From assembly GCA_003554585.1 (NCBI GenBank), contig PWGV01000183.1:8574-72573 (forward strand): a stretch of 64,000 nucleotides of DNA. The letters run 5' to 3'. Below the pieces are notes generated by a model. That model had not been told where the DNA came from. It was given only the letters and a program-made list of their open reading frames with translations, and made no database searches. The first letter of the stretch is position 1; the number at the start of each line of letters is the position of its first letter. A program made the position numbers and the translations under genes. Below, piece after piece: positions 39,394-48,893 of this stretch. Origin of the DNA: Halobacteroidaceae bacterium. Lineage in GTDB: Bacteria > Bacillota > Halanaerobiia > B1SED10-174.

Positions 39394-40332
39394 ATGAAAA
39401 AATGGCGTTATGTAATTAAGAGATTAATCAGGACCATTCCCATAGTAATTGGTGTTACCCTTGTTACTTTTTTGATCTTGCACCTGACGCCGGGGGATCC
39501 GGTCCGGATTATGCTTGGACCGTATGCCACAGCAGAGAACATGGCTGCCCTGCGGGCCCAGTATGGCCTTGACCAGCCTCTTCCCATGCAGTATATGACC
39601 TGGATTGCCAATATTACCCGGGGAGACCTGGGAACTTCTATCCGTTATAATCGGCCAGTGACCGAGCTTGTTAAAGACCGGATTGGGATTACTCTGACGT
39701 TAACCCTTTCCGGTCTTTTTATTTCGGTGACCCTGGGAAGCCTGCTGGGGATTCTTGCTGCCTTAAAGCAGAATTCCTGGGTGGACTATTTATGTACCTT
39801 TCAGGCCATGTTCTGGATTTCTATACCCGGTTTCTGGCTCGCCATTATTTTCCTTTATATTTTCGGTCTCCAGCTCCGCTGGGTTCCTATTGCTGGTTTA
39901 ACGGGTTTTGTTTCTATTATTCTGCCTGCTCTAACTATTGGTTTGCAGGAGGAAGCCTGGTTTGCCAGGCCAATGCGGGCGGAAATGCTTGGGGTTTTAA
40001 ATGAGGGTTACATTAAAGCTGCCCGGGCCAAGGGTGTGCGTTACTACAAGGTAGTGGGCAAGCACGCCCTGCGAAATGTCATGGTTCCGATGATAACCAT
40101 GCTCGCTTTACGCCTGCCCTGGGTTATTGCCGGTTCAGTCGTGGTAGAGGTGGTTTTTGCCTGGGGTGGAATGGGATCCCTCCTGGTTAACAGCGTCCTG
40201 GCCCGGGATTACCCTGTGGTGCAGGGGGCTTTGCTGATTATTGCCCTCAGCGTTGTAGCGGCTAACCTTTTAGCCGACCTGGTTTACAGTTTAATAGATC
40301 CCCGAATAAGGGTAGAGGGGGGCAAAAAATGA
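39394..40332 (+). CDS. ABC peptide transporter permease (DppB/OppB-like)
   Basis: 312 aa. YIKAARAKGVRYYKVVGKHALRNV. Confidence 0.9.
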   Translation: MKKWRYVIKRLIRTIPIVIGVTLVTFLILHLTPGDPVRIMLGPYATAENMAALRAQYGLDQPLPMQYMTWIANITRGDLGTSIRYNRPVTELVKDRIGITLTLTLSGLFISVTLGSLLGILAALKQNSWVDYLCTFQAMFWISIPGFWLAIIFLYIFGLQLRWVPIAGLTGFVSIILPALTIGLQEEAWFARPMRAEMLGVLNEGYIKAARAKGVRYYKVVGKHALRNVMVPMITMLALRLPWVIAGSVVVEVVFAWGGMGSLLVNSVLARDYPVVQGALLIIALSVVAANLLADLVYSLIDPRIRVEGGKK

Positions 40333-41219
40333 GCGAAGAACTGCGGAAAGAAATAGCCAATCTCAAGCAGAAAAAAACCGGCCAGATGTATTTAACCTGG
40401 TTAAGGTTTAAGAGGAACCGCCTATCGGTAATTGGGCTTTCCTTCGTGGTGGTAGTTATCTTTATCGCAATTTTCGCCCCATTCCTTACCCCCTACGAAC
40501 CTTTTGATACCAATCCCTTCCGCAGGTTAGAAGGACCCTCCCGGGAACATCTTCTTGGAACTGACGAACTGGGCCGGGACCTGCTTACAAGGCTCCTTTA
40601 CGGGTCCAGAATAGCTCTCCAGGTGGGGATTTTAATTGTCCTTTTTGAAGGTTTCATTGGTATTTCTTTTGGGCTCCTGGCCGGGTATTTCGGGGGCTGG
40701 GTAGACGAGATAATTATGCGGTTGGTGGACATTCTCCGGTCATTTCCAGTTATTATCCTGGCCATGGCCATTGCAGGGATAATGGGGCAGGGACTTTTCA
40801 ATGTTGTTCTGGCCATTGGGCTTGTGGGGTGGACGACCTATGCCCGGATGGTGCGGGGTAAAATTCTTTCCATCAAGGAATCAGATTATGTGGAAGCAGC
40901 TTTTGCTACGGGTGAATCGACGGTTTCCGTTATCCTCAGGTATATTTTGCCCAATGTCCTTCCCACCGCTATTATTATGGTGTGCATTATGATGCCAACT
41001 GCCTTAATTGCCAGCGCAACTTTGAGTTTCCTGGGGGTTGGAGTGCAGCCACCCCTTCCCTGCTGGGGATCAATAGCTGCAGCGGGAAGAGATTATATTA
41101 CAAGGGCGCCCTGGATATCGACTACGGCCGGAATTTTTATTATGTTTACCGTTCTGGGTTTCAATTTTATTGGAGATGGTCTGCGGGATGCCTTTGACCC
41201 AACCAGTAAAAGAAATTAG
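40329..41219 (+). CDS. ABC peptide transporter permease (DppC/OppC-like)
   Basis: 296 aa. YVEAAFATGESTVSVILRYILPNVLP. The start overlaps the upstream stop. Confidence 0.9.
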   Translation: MSEELRKEIANLKQKKTGQMYLTWLRFKRNRLSVIGLSFVVVVIFIAIFAPFLTPYEPFDTNPFRRLEGPSREHLLGTDELGRDLLTRLLYGSRIALQVGILIVLFEGFIGISFGLLAGYFGGWVDEIIMRLVDILRSFPVIILAMAIAGIMGQGLFNVVLAIGLVGWTTYARMVRGKILSIKESDYVEAAFATGESTVSVILRYILPNVLPTAIIMVCIMMPTALIASATLSFLGVGVQPPLPCWGSIAAAGRDYITRAPWISTTAGIFIMFTVLGFNFIGDGLRDAFDPTSKRN

Positions 41220-41237
41220 GTATAAGGAGAAAAAACA

Positions 41238-42200
41238 ATGGAAGAACTATTGAAAATAGAAAACCTCCAGGTTTCTTTTTCAACTGAAGAAGGGCCGGTT
41301 GAAGCCCTGGATGGGGTTGAACTTACCATCCGCCAGGGAACCTTCCACGGCCTGATTGGGGAAACCGGCTGTGGAAAGAGCGTAACCGGCCAGGCCATTC
41401 TGGGTCTTTTAGATAATAACGCCCGGATAAGGGGAGGGCGAATTTTGTACCGGGAAAAAGACCTTTTAAAACTTTCCTCGCGCCAGATGGGGAGAACTAT
41501 CCGGGGCAAAGAAATTGCCATGATTTTTCAGGATCCTGGCTCTTCATTGAATCCGCTGTTTACAATCAAAAATCAGATTGAAGAGGCAATATGTATGTTC
41601 AGAAAAGTTCCCCGGGAAAAGAGGGAGGGGTTGATTCTTGAGGCTCTAAAACAGGTCAAACTTCCCGACGCTGAAAATCTTATGTACAGGTATCCTCATC
41701 AGCTTTCGGGGGGGATGAAGCAGCGGGTAATGATTGCCATGATGCTGGCCTGCAGGCCGCAGCTCCTGATTGCGGATGAGCCAACTACAGCCCTTGACGT
41801 ATCTATCCAGGCCCAGTTTATTAAAGTCCTCAAGGAATTAAAGGATAACCTAAACCTGACCATCCTTTATATTACCCACGACCTGGCTGTTATAAGCGAA
41901 TTATGTGACTACGTTTCCGTAATGTATGCAGGGCGAATTGTGGAAGACCTTTCCATGCGGGATTTATTCAAAAATCCCCGCCATCCCTATACCACGAAAC
42001 TGGTTAATTCTGTCCTGGGAGCAAATACCACCCTGGATCAACTCGAAGAAATACCGGGGTCTGTACCCCGTTTAATTAATCCGCCCAAGGGGTGCCGTTT
42101 CCACCCCCGCTGTGAGGAAGCTATAGCCGTCTGCAACCGGGAGGTTCCACTATTAAAAGAAGTTAAGGCCGATCATTCCGTGGCCTGCCACAGGAGGTAG
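41238..42200 (+). CDS. ABC peptide transporter ATP-binding protein (DppD/OppD-like)
   Basis: Walker A GETGCGKS, signature LSGGMKQR, Walker [14 protein letters not shown]-terminal oligopeptide-type CRFHPRC. Confidence 0.9.
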   Translation: MEELLKIENLQVSFSTEEGPVEALDGVELTIRQGTFHGLIGETGCGKSVTGQAILGLLDNNARIRGGRILYREKDLLKLSSRQMGRTIRGKEIAMIFQDPGSSLNPLFTIKNQIEEAICMFRKVPREKREGLILEALKQVKLPDAENLMYRYPHQLSGGMKQRVMIAMMLACRPQLLIADEPTTALDVSIQAQFIKVLKELKDNLNLTILYITHDLAVISELCDYVSVMYAGRIVEDLSMRDLFKNPRHPYTTKLVNSVLGANTTLDQLEEIPGSVPRLINPPKGCRFHPRCEEAIAVCNREVPLLKEVKADHSVACHRR

Positions 42201-42204
42201 GGTA

Positions 42205-43152
42205 ATGAGTTCAACTTTAATGGAGGTTCGCAATCTAAAAAAGCATTTTCCTTCCCCCGCAGGTCCGGTTAAAGCTGTGGACGGAATTAACCTGAAGATT
42301 GAACAGGGAAAATCTTTTGGCCTGGTCGGGGAATCAGGGTGCGGCAAGTCAACTCTGATAAGGGTTATGCTTAAACTGCTTGAACCGACTGAAGGGGAGA
42401 TTATTTTCCAGGGGCAGGATATTACCAAATATGGTTTTCGAGAAATGCGTTCTCTCAGGAAAGAAATGGGCATGGTTTTTCAGGATCCCCACCTGGCTTT
42501 AAATCCGAAGATGACCGTCTTTGATATAATCTCCCGGCCCTTGAAAATTCACGGCCTGGCCCGGAAAAAGGGAGAGTTGATGGTCCAGGTTGTAGAGCTC
42601 ATGCAGGCCATGGGCCTGCAGACAGAGCATATGATCCGTTTTCCCCACGAACTGAGCGGGGGCCAGAAGCAGAGAATAGGGGTTGCCCGGGCTATGGCTG
42701 TCGAACCGAAAATCATATTCCTTGATGAGCCCACTTCAGCCCTGGATGTTTCTGTCCAGACCAAGATTTTAAAACTTCTGGAACAAGCCCGCAGGGAGCG
42801 GGACCTGACCTTTTTTTATATTTCCCATGATATTAACCTGATCCGGGTGGTTGCAGATATTATGGGAGTTATGTACCTTGGGAAAATTGTTGAAATGGGG
42901 CCCAAGGCTCTTCTCCTTAAAGATCCCCACCATCCCTATACCCGCGGTCTCTTTGCCGCAGTTCCTGAACCAGATCCAGATATAATTATTTCTGAAATTC
43001 AACTGACCGGGGAGGTTCCCAGCCCCGTGAACCCGCCTCCAGGGTGTAATTTTAATCCGCGCTGTCCTCATGTTATGGATCGATGCAGGAAAGAAGAACC
43101 CGAATTCAAGGAACTTTCAGATGGAAGGAGTGTTGCCTGCCACCTTTATTAA
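42205..43152 (+). CDS. ABC peptide transporter ATP-binding protein (DppF/OppF-like)
   Basis: Walker A GESGCGKST, signature LSGGQKQR, Walker B IIFLDEPTSALD. CNFNPRC. Confidence 0.9.
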   Translation: MSSTLMEVRNLKKHFPSPAGPVKAVDGINLKIEQGKSFGLVGESGCGKSTLIRVMLKLLEPTEGEIIFQGQDITKYGFREMRSLRKEMGMVFQDPHLALNPKMTVFDIISRPLKIHGLARKKGELMVQVVELMQAMGLQTEHMIRFPHELSGGQKQRIGVARAMAVEPKIIFLDEPTSALDVSVQTKILKLLEQARRERDLTFFYISHDINLIRVVADIMGVMYLGKIVEMGPKALLLKDPHHPYTRGLFAAVPEPDPDIIISEIQLTGEVPSPVNPPPGCNFNPRCPHVMDRCRKEEPEFKELSDGRSVACHLY

Positions 43153-43197
43153 CGCTGGCCAGTTAGGGGAGGAAAAAAATAAGGAAAGGTGGTTTTT

Positions 43198-44730
43198 ATG
43201 AAAAAGATCCTTTGTATGCTTTTGGTGCTGGGTCTTGTTCTTGGTCTGTCCGGGCTTGCCCTGGCACAGACGTCGGTAGGAATTGCTTTCCAGGTTGAGC
43301 CTTCCAAACTCAATCCCATAACCTACCAGGATACTGAAACCGGTTTTGTTCTTGGTTCAATCTGCAGTCCCCTGGTTACTCTGACTGAAGAAGGTGATTT
43401 CACAGCAGATGACGCAGTAATTGAAAGTTTTTCTGTTGAGGAAGGAGGAAGAATTTATACCTTTGTGATTCGGGAAGGAATAACCTTCCACAACGGAGAT
43501 CCCCTCACAGCCCACGATGTCAAATTTACCTTCGAAGCTTTTATGGACGAATCTTTAGGTTCTCCCCACCACCGCTATTATACCGGGATTGAAGAACTGG
43601 AATTGGAGGGAGATTACACTCTCCGCGTAATTTTAAGTGAACCCAATGTAACATTTTTGACCATGTCCCGTCTTCGCAACCATGTTCTGCCCAAGGATTA
43701 TATTGAGGAAGTGGGCTGGGAAGGTTTTGAAAGACAACCCATTGGCTCCGGTCCTTTCAAATTCGTAGAGCATGTTCCGGGGAACCGTATTGTCCTGGAA
43801 AAATTCGAGGATTTCTGGGGTGAGGAAGCCAAGCTTGACCAAGTGCAGTTCCGCTTCTACCCGGAGCTTTCTACAGCTCTCATGGCCCTGGAAACTGGCG
43901 CTGTAGATTTTATGCCCGAAATGCCGGCGGAAGAATTCATGGATCTTCAGGATAGGGGAGTCGCAGGTTTGAACTTTGGAACATACCAGAAATTTGAAGA
44001 CCACCGGATCTGCTTTAATAAGAGGGAAGGTTCGGAATTCAGTGACATCCGGGTGAGACAGGCTGTAGCCTATGCTATCGACATTAATGAGCTGATTGTC
44101 CTTACCAGGGGCGAGATGGCTACTGCTGCCCGGGGCCGGATACCTTCTTTCCACCCGGGTTATGCCGAAAATGCAAATGCCTATGAAGTTGATCTGGATA
44201 AAGCCAGGGAACTCCTTGCTGAAGCAGGATATCCCGATGGATTTGAAACTGCAATTTATGCGCCTGCAGGTTACCGGGAGCGGGTTCAGGAGGTTCAGCA
44301 GATCCAGCAGCAGCTGGCCCAGATCGGTATCCAGGCAGAGGTAGTAACCCTGGAGTGGGGAACCTATCTGGACGTAACCGCTGAAGGAGAGGCACCTATG
44401 TTCCGTGAGCGCTGGAGCGCTGGAGTTCCCGAGCCCATCGGTTTCATTGAATCCTGGCATTCAGAATCAAGCTGGAACCCCATTTTCGGGACCTATGAAA
44501 ATCCCGAGGTGGATGCCCTGATAGATCAAATAATGCAGACAGTTGATACCCAGGAGCGCTGGGAGCTGTACAAACAGGTCCAGGAAATTGCCATGGAAGA
44601 TGTTGCAGACTACCCACTTTACTGGCCTTTAATTGGAGAGGCCTTCAATGATCAGCTTGATATTCCGGACCATCTCTGGAACGCTTTCAAACGCCCCATT
44701 TACTTCATCAACTACTGGAGCTACAAGTAA
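43198..44730 (+). CDS. ABC transporter substrate-binding protein, family 5
   Basis: Signal peptide MKKILCMLLVLGLVLGLSGLALA. GSGPFKFVEHVPGNRIVLEKF. The ORF opens at GTG 43189. Confidence 0.85.
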   Translation: MKKILCMLLVLGLVLGLSGLALAQTSVGIAFQVEPSKLNPITYQDTETGFVLGSICSPLVTLTEEGDFTADDAVIESFSVEEGGRIYTFVIREGITFHNGDPLTAHDVKFTFEAFMDESLGSPHHRYYTGIEELELEGDYTLRVILSEPNVTFLTMSRLRNHVLPKDYIEEVGWEGFERQPIGSGPFKFVEHVPGNRIVLEKFEDFWGEEAKLDQVQFRFYPELSTALMALETGAVDFMPEMPAEEFMDLQDRGVAGLNFGTYQKFEDHRICFNKREGSEFSDIRVRQAVAYAIDINELIVLTRGEMATAARGRIPSFHPGYAENANAYEVDLDKARELLAEAGYPDGFETAIYAPAGYRERVQEVQQIQQQLAQIGIQAEVVTLEWGTYLDVTAEGEAPMFRERWSAGVPEPIGFIESWHSESSWNPIFGTYENPEVDALIDQIMQTVDTQERWELYKQVQEIAMEDVADYPLYWPLIGEAFNDQLDIPDHLWNAFKRPIYFINYWSYK

Positions 44731-44752
44731 GTATAAAATAAATTAAGAAAGG

Positions 44753-44790
44753 AAAGGCCGCGTTTACCAGTTAAGGTAAATGCGGCCTTT
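44753..44790. terminator. Bidirectional terminator
   Basis: AAAGGCCGCGTTTACC-AGTTAA-GGTAAATGCGGCCTTT between convergent genes. Confidence 0.7.
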
Positions 44791-44807
44791 AATTTTCTCG
44801 GGACTAT

Positions 44808-45512
44808 TTAAAATTTATCCTTGAAAAATTCAATCATTACTTCGAATATCTTTTTCTCCTGTTCTTCTCGCGTAATTTCGGGTTCCCCGTCACCCCTCTG
44901 CAGACCGTATCTGCCAAAAAATGAGTGAATTCCACCCTGGATTAGATGCACCCGGGTCTGGACCGGAAGTTGGGTAATTCCCTTTTCTACATCTTTGGTA
45001 GTTGCCAGGCCGTCGTTTTCTGCCATTAAAACCAGAACGGGAAAAACTGCTTCGGTAAGGTCGGTCCAGAAGGGTGGATAGGCGGCCCAGAGGAATAAAC
45101 CACCTACGGGATTGTTGTCTGCAAAACGAGCTGCCATTGCTCCCCCCAGGGAATGGCCGCCGATTATGGGCTGGCCTTCCCAGGACCAGCCCTCATTTAA
45201 TAGAAACCTGTGTACGGCCCGGGCCCTGTTGGGAGCTAATACTCCCAGGTTGAAGGGAAAATCAACGACTGCGACTAGAAAATCGTGTTCAGCCATTTTT
45301 TCTCCAAACCAGAAGTATGCCTCGGGATCAACTCTTCCTCCGGGATAAAAAATAAGCAGGCCCCGGAAATGCTCTGTTTCCTGCTGGAAGATCAGGGTAA
45401 AGGGAGGTCTGGAAAAAGGTTCCCTCGCTAAATTATCCTGGGCCAGGGTCGAAAGGGAGAAGAAGAGGACAACCAGTAAAACCAGGTGGGCGATAAGGGT
45501 TTTTTTTAACAA
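44808..45512 (-). CDS. Secreted alpha/beta hydrolase (dienelactone-hydrolase-like)
   Basis: Signal peptide. GGHSLGG nucleophile elbow. TTG start after AAGGTGA. Confidence 0.7.
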   Translation of the reverse strand: MLKKTLIAHLVLLVVLFFSLSTLAQDNLAREPFSRPPFTLIFQQETEHFRGLLIFYPGGRVDPEAYFWFGEKMAEHDFLVAVVDFPFNLGVLAPNRARAVHRFLLNEGWSWEGQPIIGGHSLGGAMAARFADNNPVGGLFLWAAYPPFWTDLTEAVFPVLVLMAENDGLATTKDVEKGITQLPVQTRVHLIQGGIHSFFGRYGLQRGDGEPEITREEQEKKIFEVMIEFFKDKF

Positions 45513-45529
45513 CTAAATCACCTTCTTTT

Positions 45530-46234
45530 TTAACTTGCTTTTTCCATGTCCAGAAGGTTTTGGGGGCACTTCTCAGTGCAGATTGCACATTTTATACATC
45601 TTGTCTCCTGGAAACCTTCTTTTTCGAGGGCGTTTTGGGGGGTGAGTTCAAGGGGGCAGGAACGATTGCACAGCCCGCAGTCGACGCATTTACCAGGAGA
45701 AGAACCGCTAACAACCAGGTCCGTCTTCCGGGTTAACCCCAGTTTCCTGCCCAGCCTGTAACTTAATTCAGCGACAGTTCCCATGGGGCAGAACCTGCAC
45801 CAGGCCCGCGGTTTAATAACAAGACCCAGGGTAATCCCAATTATGGTTGGCATCATGTAATTAAAAACCATGACAAACCCCAGCTGGTCCCAGAAATCGA
45901 GACTGCCCCAGTAACCGAGGACACGGACCACCCGGACAACAAACATCCCCATGAAAAAGATGAAAAATCCCCATTTTAAAAACGGGCTTTTTATTAATTC
46001 GGGAAATTTCCTTCCCGCTGAAAAGGGGGAAATAAGTCGGTCAAAGAGGCTGCCGTGGGGGCATAGATTACCGCACCAGTATTTTCCCCGGAAAAGTCCA
46101 ATACCTATCAGGGCCAACATGATGGCGAAGAGTAAAAGACCCAGTTTGGGCCAGAAAAGGCCACCGATTGCGATAACAGGAACTAAAAACCAGCTCCAGT
46201 TCTTGATCTGTTTTTGCGCAGTTTTAAAAGCCAT
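45530..46234 (-). CDS. Membrane 4Fe-4S ferredoxin-type protein (NapH/MauN-like)
   Basis: TM helices. CGNLCPHG. Two CxxCxxCxxxCP motifs (CVDCGLCNRSCP, CIKCAICTEKCP). Confidence 0.75.
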   Translation of the reverse strand: MAFKTAQKQIKNWSWFLVPVIAIGGLFWPKLGLLLFAIMLALIGIGLFRGKYWCGNLCPHGSLFDRLISPFSAGRKFPELIKSPFLKWGFFIFFMGMFVVRVVRVLGYWGSLDFWDQLGFVMVFNYMMPTIIGITLGLVIKPRAWCRFCPMGTVAELSYRLGRKLGLTRKTDLVVSGSSPGKCVDCGLCNRSCPLELTPQNALEKEGFQETRCIKCAICTEKCPQNLLDMEKAS

Positions 46235-46261
46235 CCAATAACCTCCCCATAATCAGTAAAA

Positions 46262-46273
46262 TATAATATTATA
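46262..46273. promoter_or_regulatory. Candidate ArsR-type operator (perfect 12-bp palindrome TATAATATTATA)
   Basis: Perfect palindrome in the divergent intergenic region between the 4Fe-4S gene and the ArsR gene. AT-rich, so a chance occurrence is plausible. Confidence 0.3.
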
Positions 46274-46354
46274 ATAATATGATTATTGCTAAAGGTCAAC
46301 CCCAATTGACAAAATCCTCATAATTTCTTAATATATAGATATACGAATAAAGGG

Positions 46355-46651
46355 GTGGTTGGTTTGGAAATGTTTAGCTGGAAAGACGAGGAAATGGGTG
46401 AAGCCGCGGAAAAACTTAAAGCCCTGGGTCATCCCCTGCGGTTGTGCATGGTTCGGGGATTGATTGATTGTGGTGGCTGCAACGTGAAAAAAATCCAGGA
46501 ATGCACTGAAGTACCTCAATCCACTATTTCCCAGCACCTGGACAGGCTGAAAAACGCAGGCTTAATCGCTGGTGAAAGGAAAGGAAATGAAATTGTTTAC
46601 CGGGTAGTTGATCCCCGGGTAAAAAGACTATTAGAATGCATGTTTTCCTGA
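46355..46651 (+). CDS. ArsR/SmtB family transcriptional regulator
   Basis: ALGHPLRLCMVRGL and HTH QSTISQHLDRLKNAGLI. The start could instead be the ATG at 46370. Confidence 0.8.
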   Translation: MVGLEMFSWKDEEMGEAAEKLKALGHPLRLCMVRGLIDCGGCNVKKIQECTEVPQSTISQHLDRLKNAGLIAGERKGNEIVYRVVDPRVKRLLECMFS

Positions 46652-46674
46652 GGAATTTTAATTAATTTCCAAAT

Positions 46675-46707
46675 AAAAAACCGGGAGCAATGCTCCCGGA
46701 TATTTTT
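46675..46707. terminator. Rho-independent terminator (bidirectional context)
   Basis: AAAAAACCGGGAGC-AATG-CTCCCGG followed by a T-rich tail. Confidence 0.7.
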
Positions 46708-47371
46708 ATGTCTGCATAATTTTGACTCCCGAACTGGTTCCGATTCTTGTTGCTCCTGCTTGAAGCATTGCCTTGCAGTCCTCCAGGGTTCTGATCCCAC
46801 CGGAGGCTTTAATTCCTAATCTTCCTCCTGCCAGTTTTCTAAACAGCCTGATATCTTCTAATGTTGCTCCCGCAGGTCCAAAACCCGTGGAGGTTTTAAG
46901 AAAATCTACTCCTTTGATTTCCAGACAGAGCTGGATCAGTTCCTTTTTTTCCTTTTCTTCGAGATAACAGGTTTCCAGGATTACCTTTAAAATCGATTCT
47001 CCGCAGACTTCAGAAACAGCCCGGATATCCTTTTCCACTTCAGTCCAAATCCCGCTTTTTACAGCTGTAATATTGGAAACCATGTCAATTTCAGTTGCCC
47101 CATTTTCCAGGGCTTCTCTGGCTTCGAATGCTTTTGTTTTAGGCGTTGTATAGCCCAGGGGAAATCCGATAGCAGCACTGAGTTCAATTCCGGAGCCTTC
47201 CAGTTCCCGGGCTGCAAGGGGAACGTAGTAAGGGCCAATGGCGACTGCGGCAAAGCCAAATTCTTTGGCTTCATTACAGATTTTTGTAATGGCCTCCGCT
47301 TTCCCTTCGGGGCGAAGGTAGGTGTGGTCAATTGTTTTTGCAATTTCTTTTTTAGTGAAGTCCATTATCAA
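46706..47371 (-). CDS. deoC: Deoxyribose-phosphate aldolase family (DeoC)
   Basis: 221 aa. Schiff-base lysine context FLKTSTGF. EIDMV. Last gene of the PTS operon. Confidence 0.8.
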   Translation of the reverse strand: MIMDFTKKEIAKTIDHTYLRPEGKAEAITKICNEAKEFGFAAVAIGPYYVPLAARELEGSGIELSAAIGFPLGYTTPKTKAFEAREALENGATEIDMVSNITAVKSGIWTEVEKDIRAVSEVCGESILKVILETCYLEEKEKKELIQLCLEIKGVDFLKTSTGFGPAGATLEDIRLFRKLAGGRLGIKASGGIRTLEDCKAMLQAGATRIGTSSGVKIMQT

Positions 47372-48129
47372 CTTCTCCTAACTCCCTGGTAACGCTGCAA
47401 CCAGGGCAGAAGGTTCTGGTATTTTCTTATCAGTTTCTCATTGTGCTCGGGACCCCAGTCCAGGTTACCGCTGGCGATAACAGGTGGTTCAATTCCCCGG
47501 GAGGATAGTAGTTTAACGATTTCAGATGTTAATGCCTGGAGGATAAAGGGCCCGGTAATACCGGAGATGGCACCGTAAGGGACTGGAGCATTTTCAGTTT
47601 CCAGAATTGCATCTCCTGCAGGGGCACAGTTATCGATTACCACATCGGCCAGCTGGTAAAGGTTTTCCCCGCCAGGATGCCGGGAAGAAACACTTTTACT
47701 GTGCTGCAGGGAAGTGACAGCGACAATTTTCAACCCCATTTCCTTCCCCAGCAGGGCTGTTTCAATGGGAACTGCATTTCGCCCGGAGTTGGAGATAATT
47801 ATCAGTGTATCCCCGGAGGAAAGGGGGTGGTGAGGCAAGAATCTTTCCGCAAGTCCCGGCAGGCGTTCGAGTTCACCGCTTTTAAAGGGTTGTTCATGGA
47901 GCATCAGGCTCGGTTCCAGAATGGCCTGGACAGGCAAAAGGCCTCCTGCGCGCAGGTAAATATCTGCAGCGACAAGATGGGAGTGGCCGGTACCAAAGGT
48001 GTGCAGCAGGCCACCGTTTGCTATGCTATCTGCTCCCAGTTCTGCTGCTTTTTGAATGTTTTCCAGTTGGGTTTTTTTTACCTTTTCCAGTATTTCTTCG
48101 GCTTTTTCCATATAATCCAGAGCGCTCAT
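47368..48129 (-). CDS. SIS domain protein, UPF0309 family (paralog 3)
   Basis: 253 aa. GTGHSH and ISNSGRN motifs. Overlaps the deoC start by 4 nt. Confidence 0.75.
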   Translation of the reverse strand: MSALDYMEKAEEILEKVKKTQLENIQKAAELGADSIANGGLLHTFGTGHSHLVAADIYLRAGGLLPVQAILEPSLMLHEQPFKSGELERLPGLAERFLPHHPLSSGDTLIIISNSGRNAVPIETALLGKEMGLKIVAVTSLQHSKSVSSRHPGGENLYQLADVVIDNCAPAGDAILETENAPVPYGAISGITGPFILQALTSEIVKLLSSRGIEPPVIASGNLDWGPEHNEKLIRKYQNLLPWLQRYQGVRRS

Positions 48130-48137
48130 AGTAATAC

Positions 48138-48875
48138 CTACCAGTTTTTAATCCTGGAGCAGTACCGTTCCAGGAGTTCCTCGTTGTGTTCTCTACCTTC
48201 GTCAATATTCCCGCTCAGAAATACAGGTGGTTTCAAGCCCTGCTCCAGCATTTTTTCAATTGCCATGACCACCAGGGAGTGGACGATGAAAAAGGCAGAA
48301 ATATTGGAAGTCGGGCCGATTGGGGTTTTTAAACCGGATAACTTGAAGGTGGCATCGCCCCGGACCCCGCAGTTATCAATCAAAATATCAGCAACGTCGA
48401 GCAATTTTTTCCCGCTGGAATGGCGGGATGTTGTGTTCATGCTGTGGTCCCGGGAAATAATGGCAATAACCGGAATGCCCCGGTTTCGGGCTGAAGCGGC
48501 GACTTCAATGGGAGCAGCATTTCGCCCCGAATTAGAAATAACTAGCAAGGTATCCCGGGGTTCGGGTTTGTGGTAATCAAGCAGTATTTCTCCCCAGCCT
48601 TCCATCCTTTCGGTATACTCGCTTTTGGTAACCTGTTCCTGTCCGGTCAGGCTTGGTTCCAGCCAGGCATTGACAGGAGCCAGCCCTCCGGCCCGGTAAA
48701 AAATTTCTTCTGCCACCAGGTGGGAATGGCCGGTCCCAAAAGCGTGGATAAGGCCATCACTTCCCAGGGTTTTGGCAAGGGTTTCGGCCGCTTTTTCCAG
48801 GTTTTCACCCTGGGTGTTTTTAACCTTTTCCAGGATTTCAGTGACCTTTTCATAATATGTTTCAAAAGCTTTCAT
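48138..48875 (-). CDS. SIS domain protein, UPF0309 family (paralog 2)
   Basis: 245 aa. GTGHSH and ISNSGRN motifs. Confidence 0.75.
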   Translation of the reverse strand: MKAFETYYEKVTEILEKVKNTQGENLEKAAETLAKTLGSDGLIHAFGTGHSHLVAEEIFYRAGGLAPVNAWLEPSLTGQEQVTKSEYTERMEGWGEILLDYHKPEPRDTLLVISNSGRNAAPIEVAASARNRGIPVIAIISRDHSMNTTSRHSSGKKLLDVADILIDNCGVRGDATFKLSGLKTPIGPTSNISAFFIVHSLVVMAIEKMLEQGLKPPVFLSGNIDEGREHNEELLERYCSRIKNW

Positions 48876-48893
48876 CTGAATTGCCTCCTTATT

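Noticed and set aside
43633-44460. 275-aa ORF on the minus strand
   Set aside because: It is antisense to the SBP gene at 43198-44730 and has no recognisable motifs, so it is a shadow ORF.
47677-48576. 299-aa ORF on the plus strand
   Set aside because: It is antisense to two SIS genes that carry clear family motifs and show operon-like spacing, so it is a shadow ORF.
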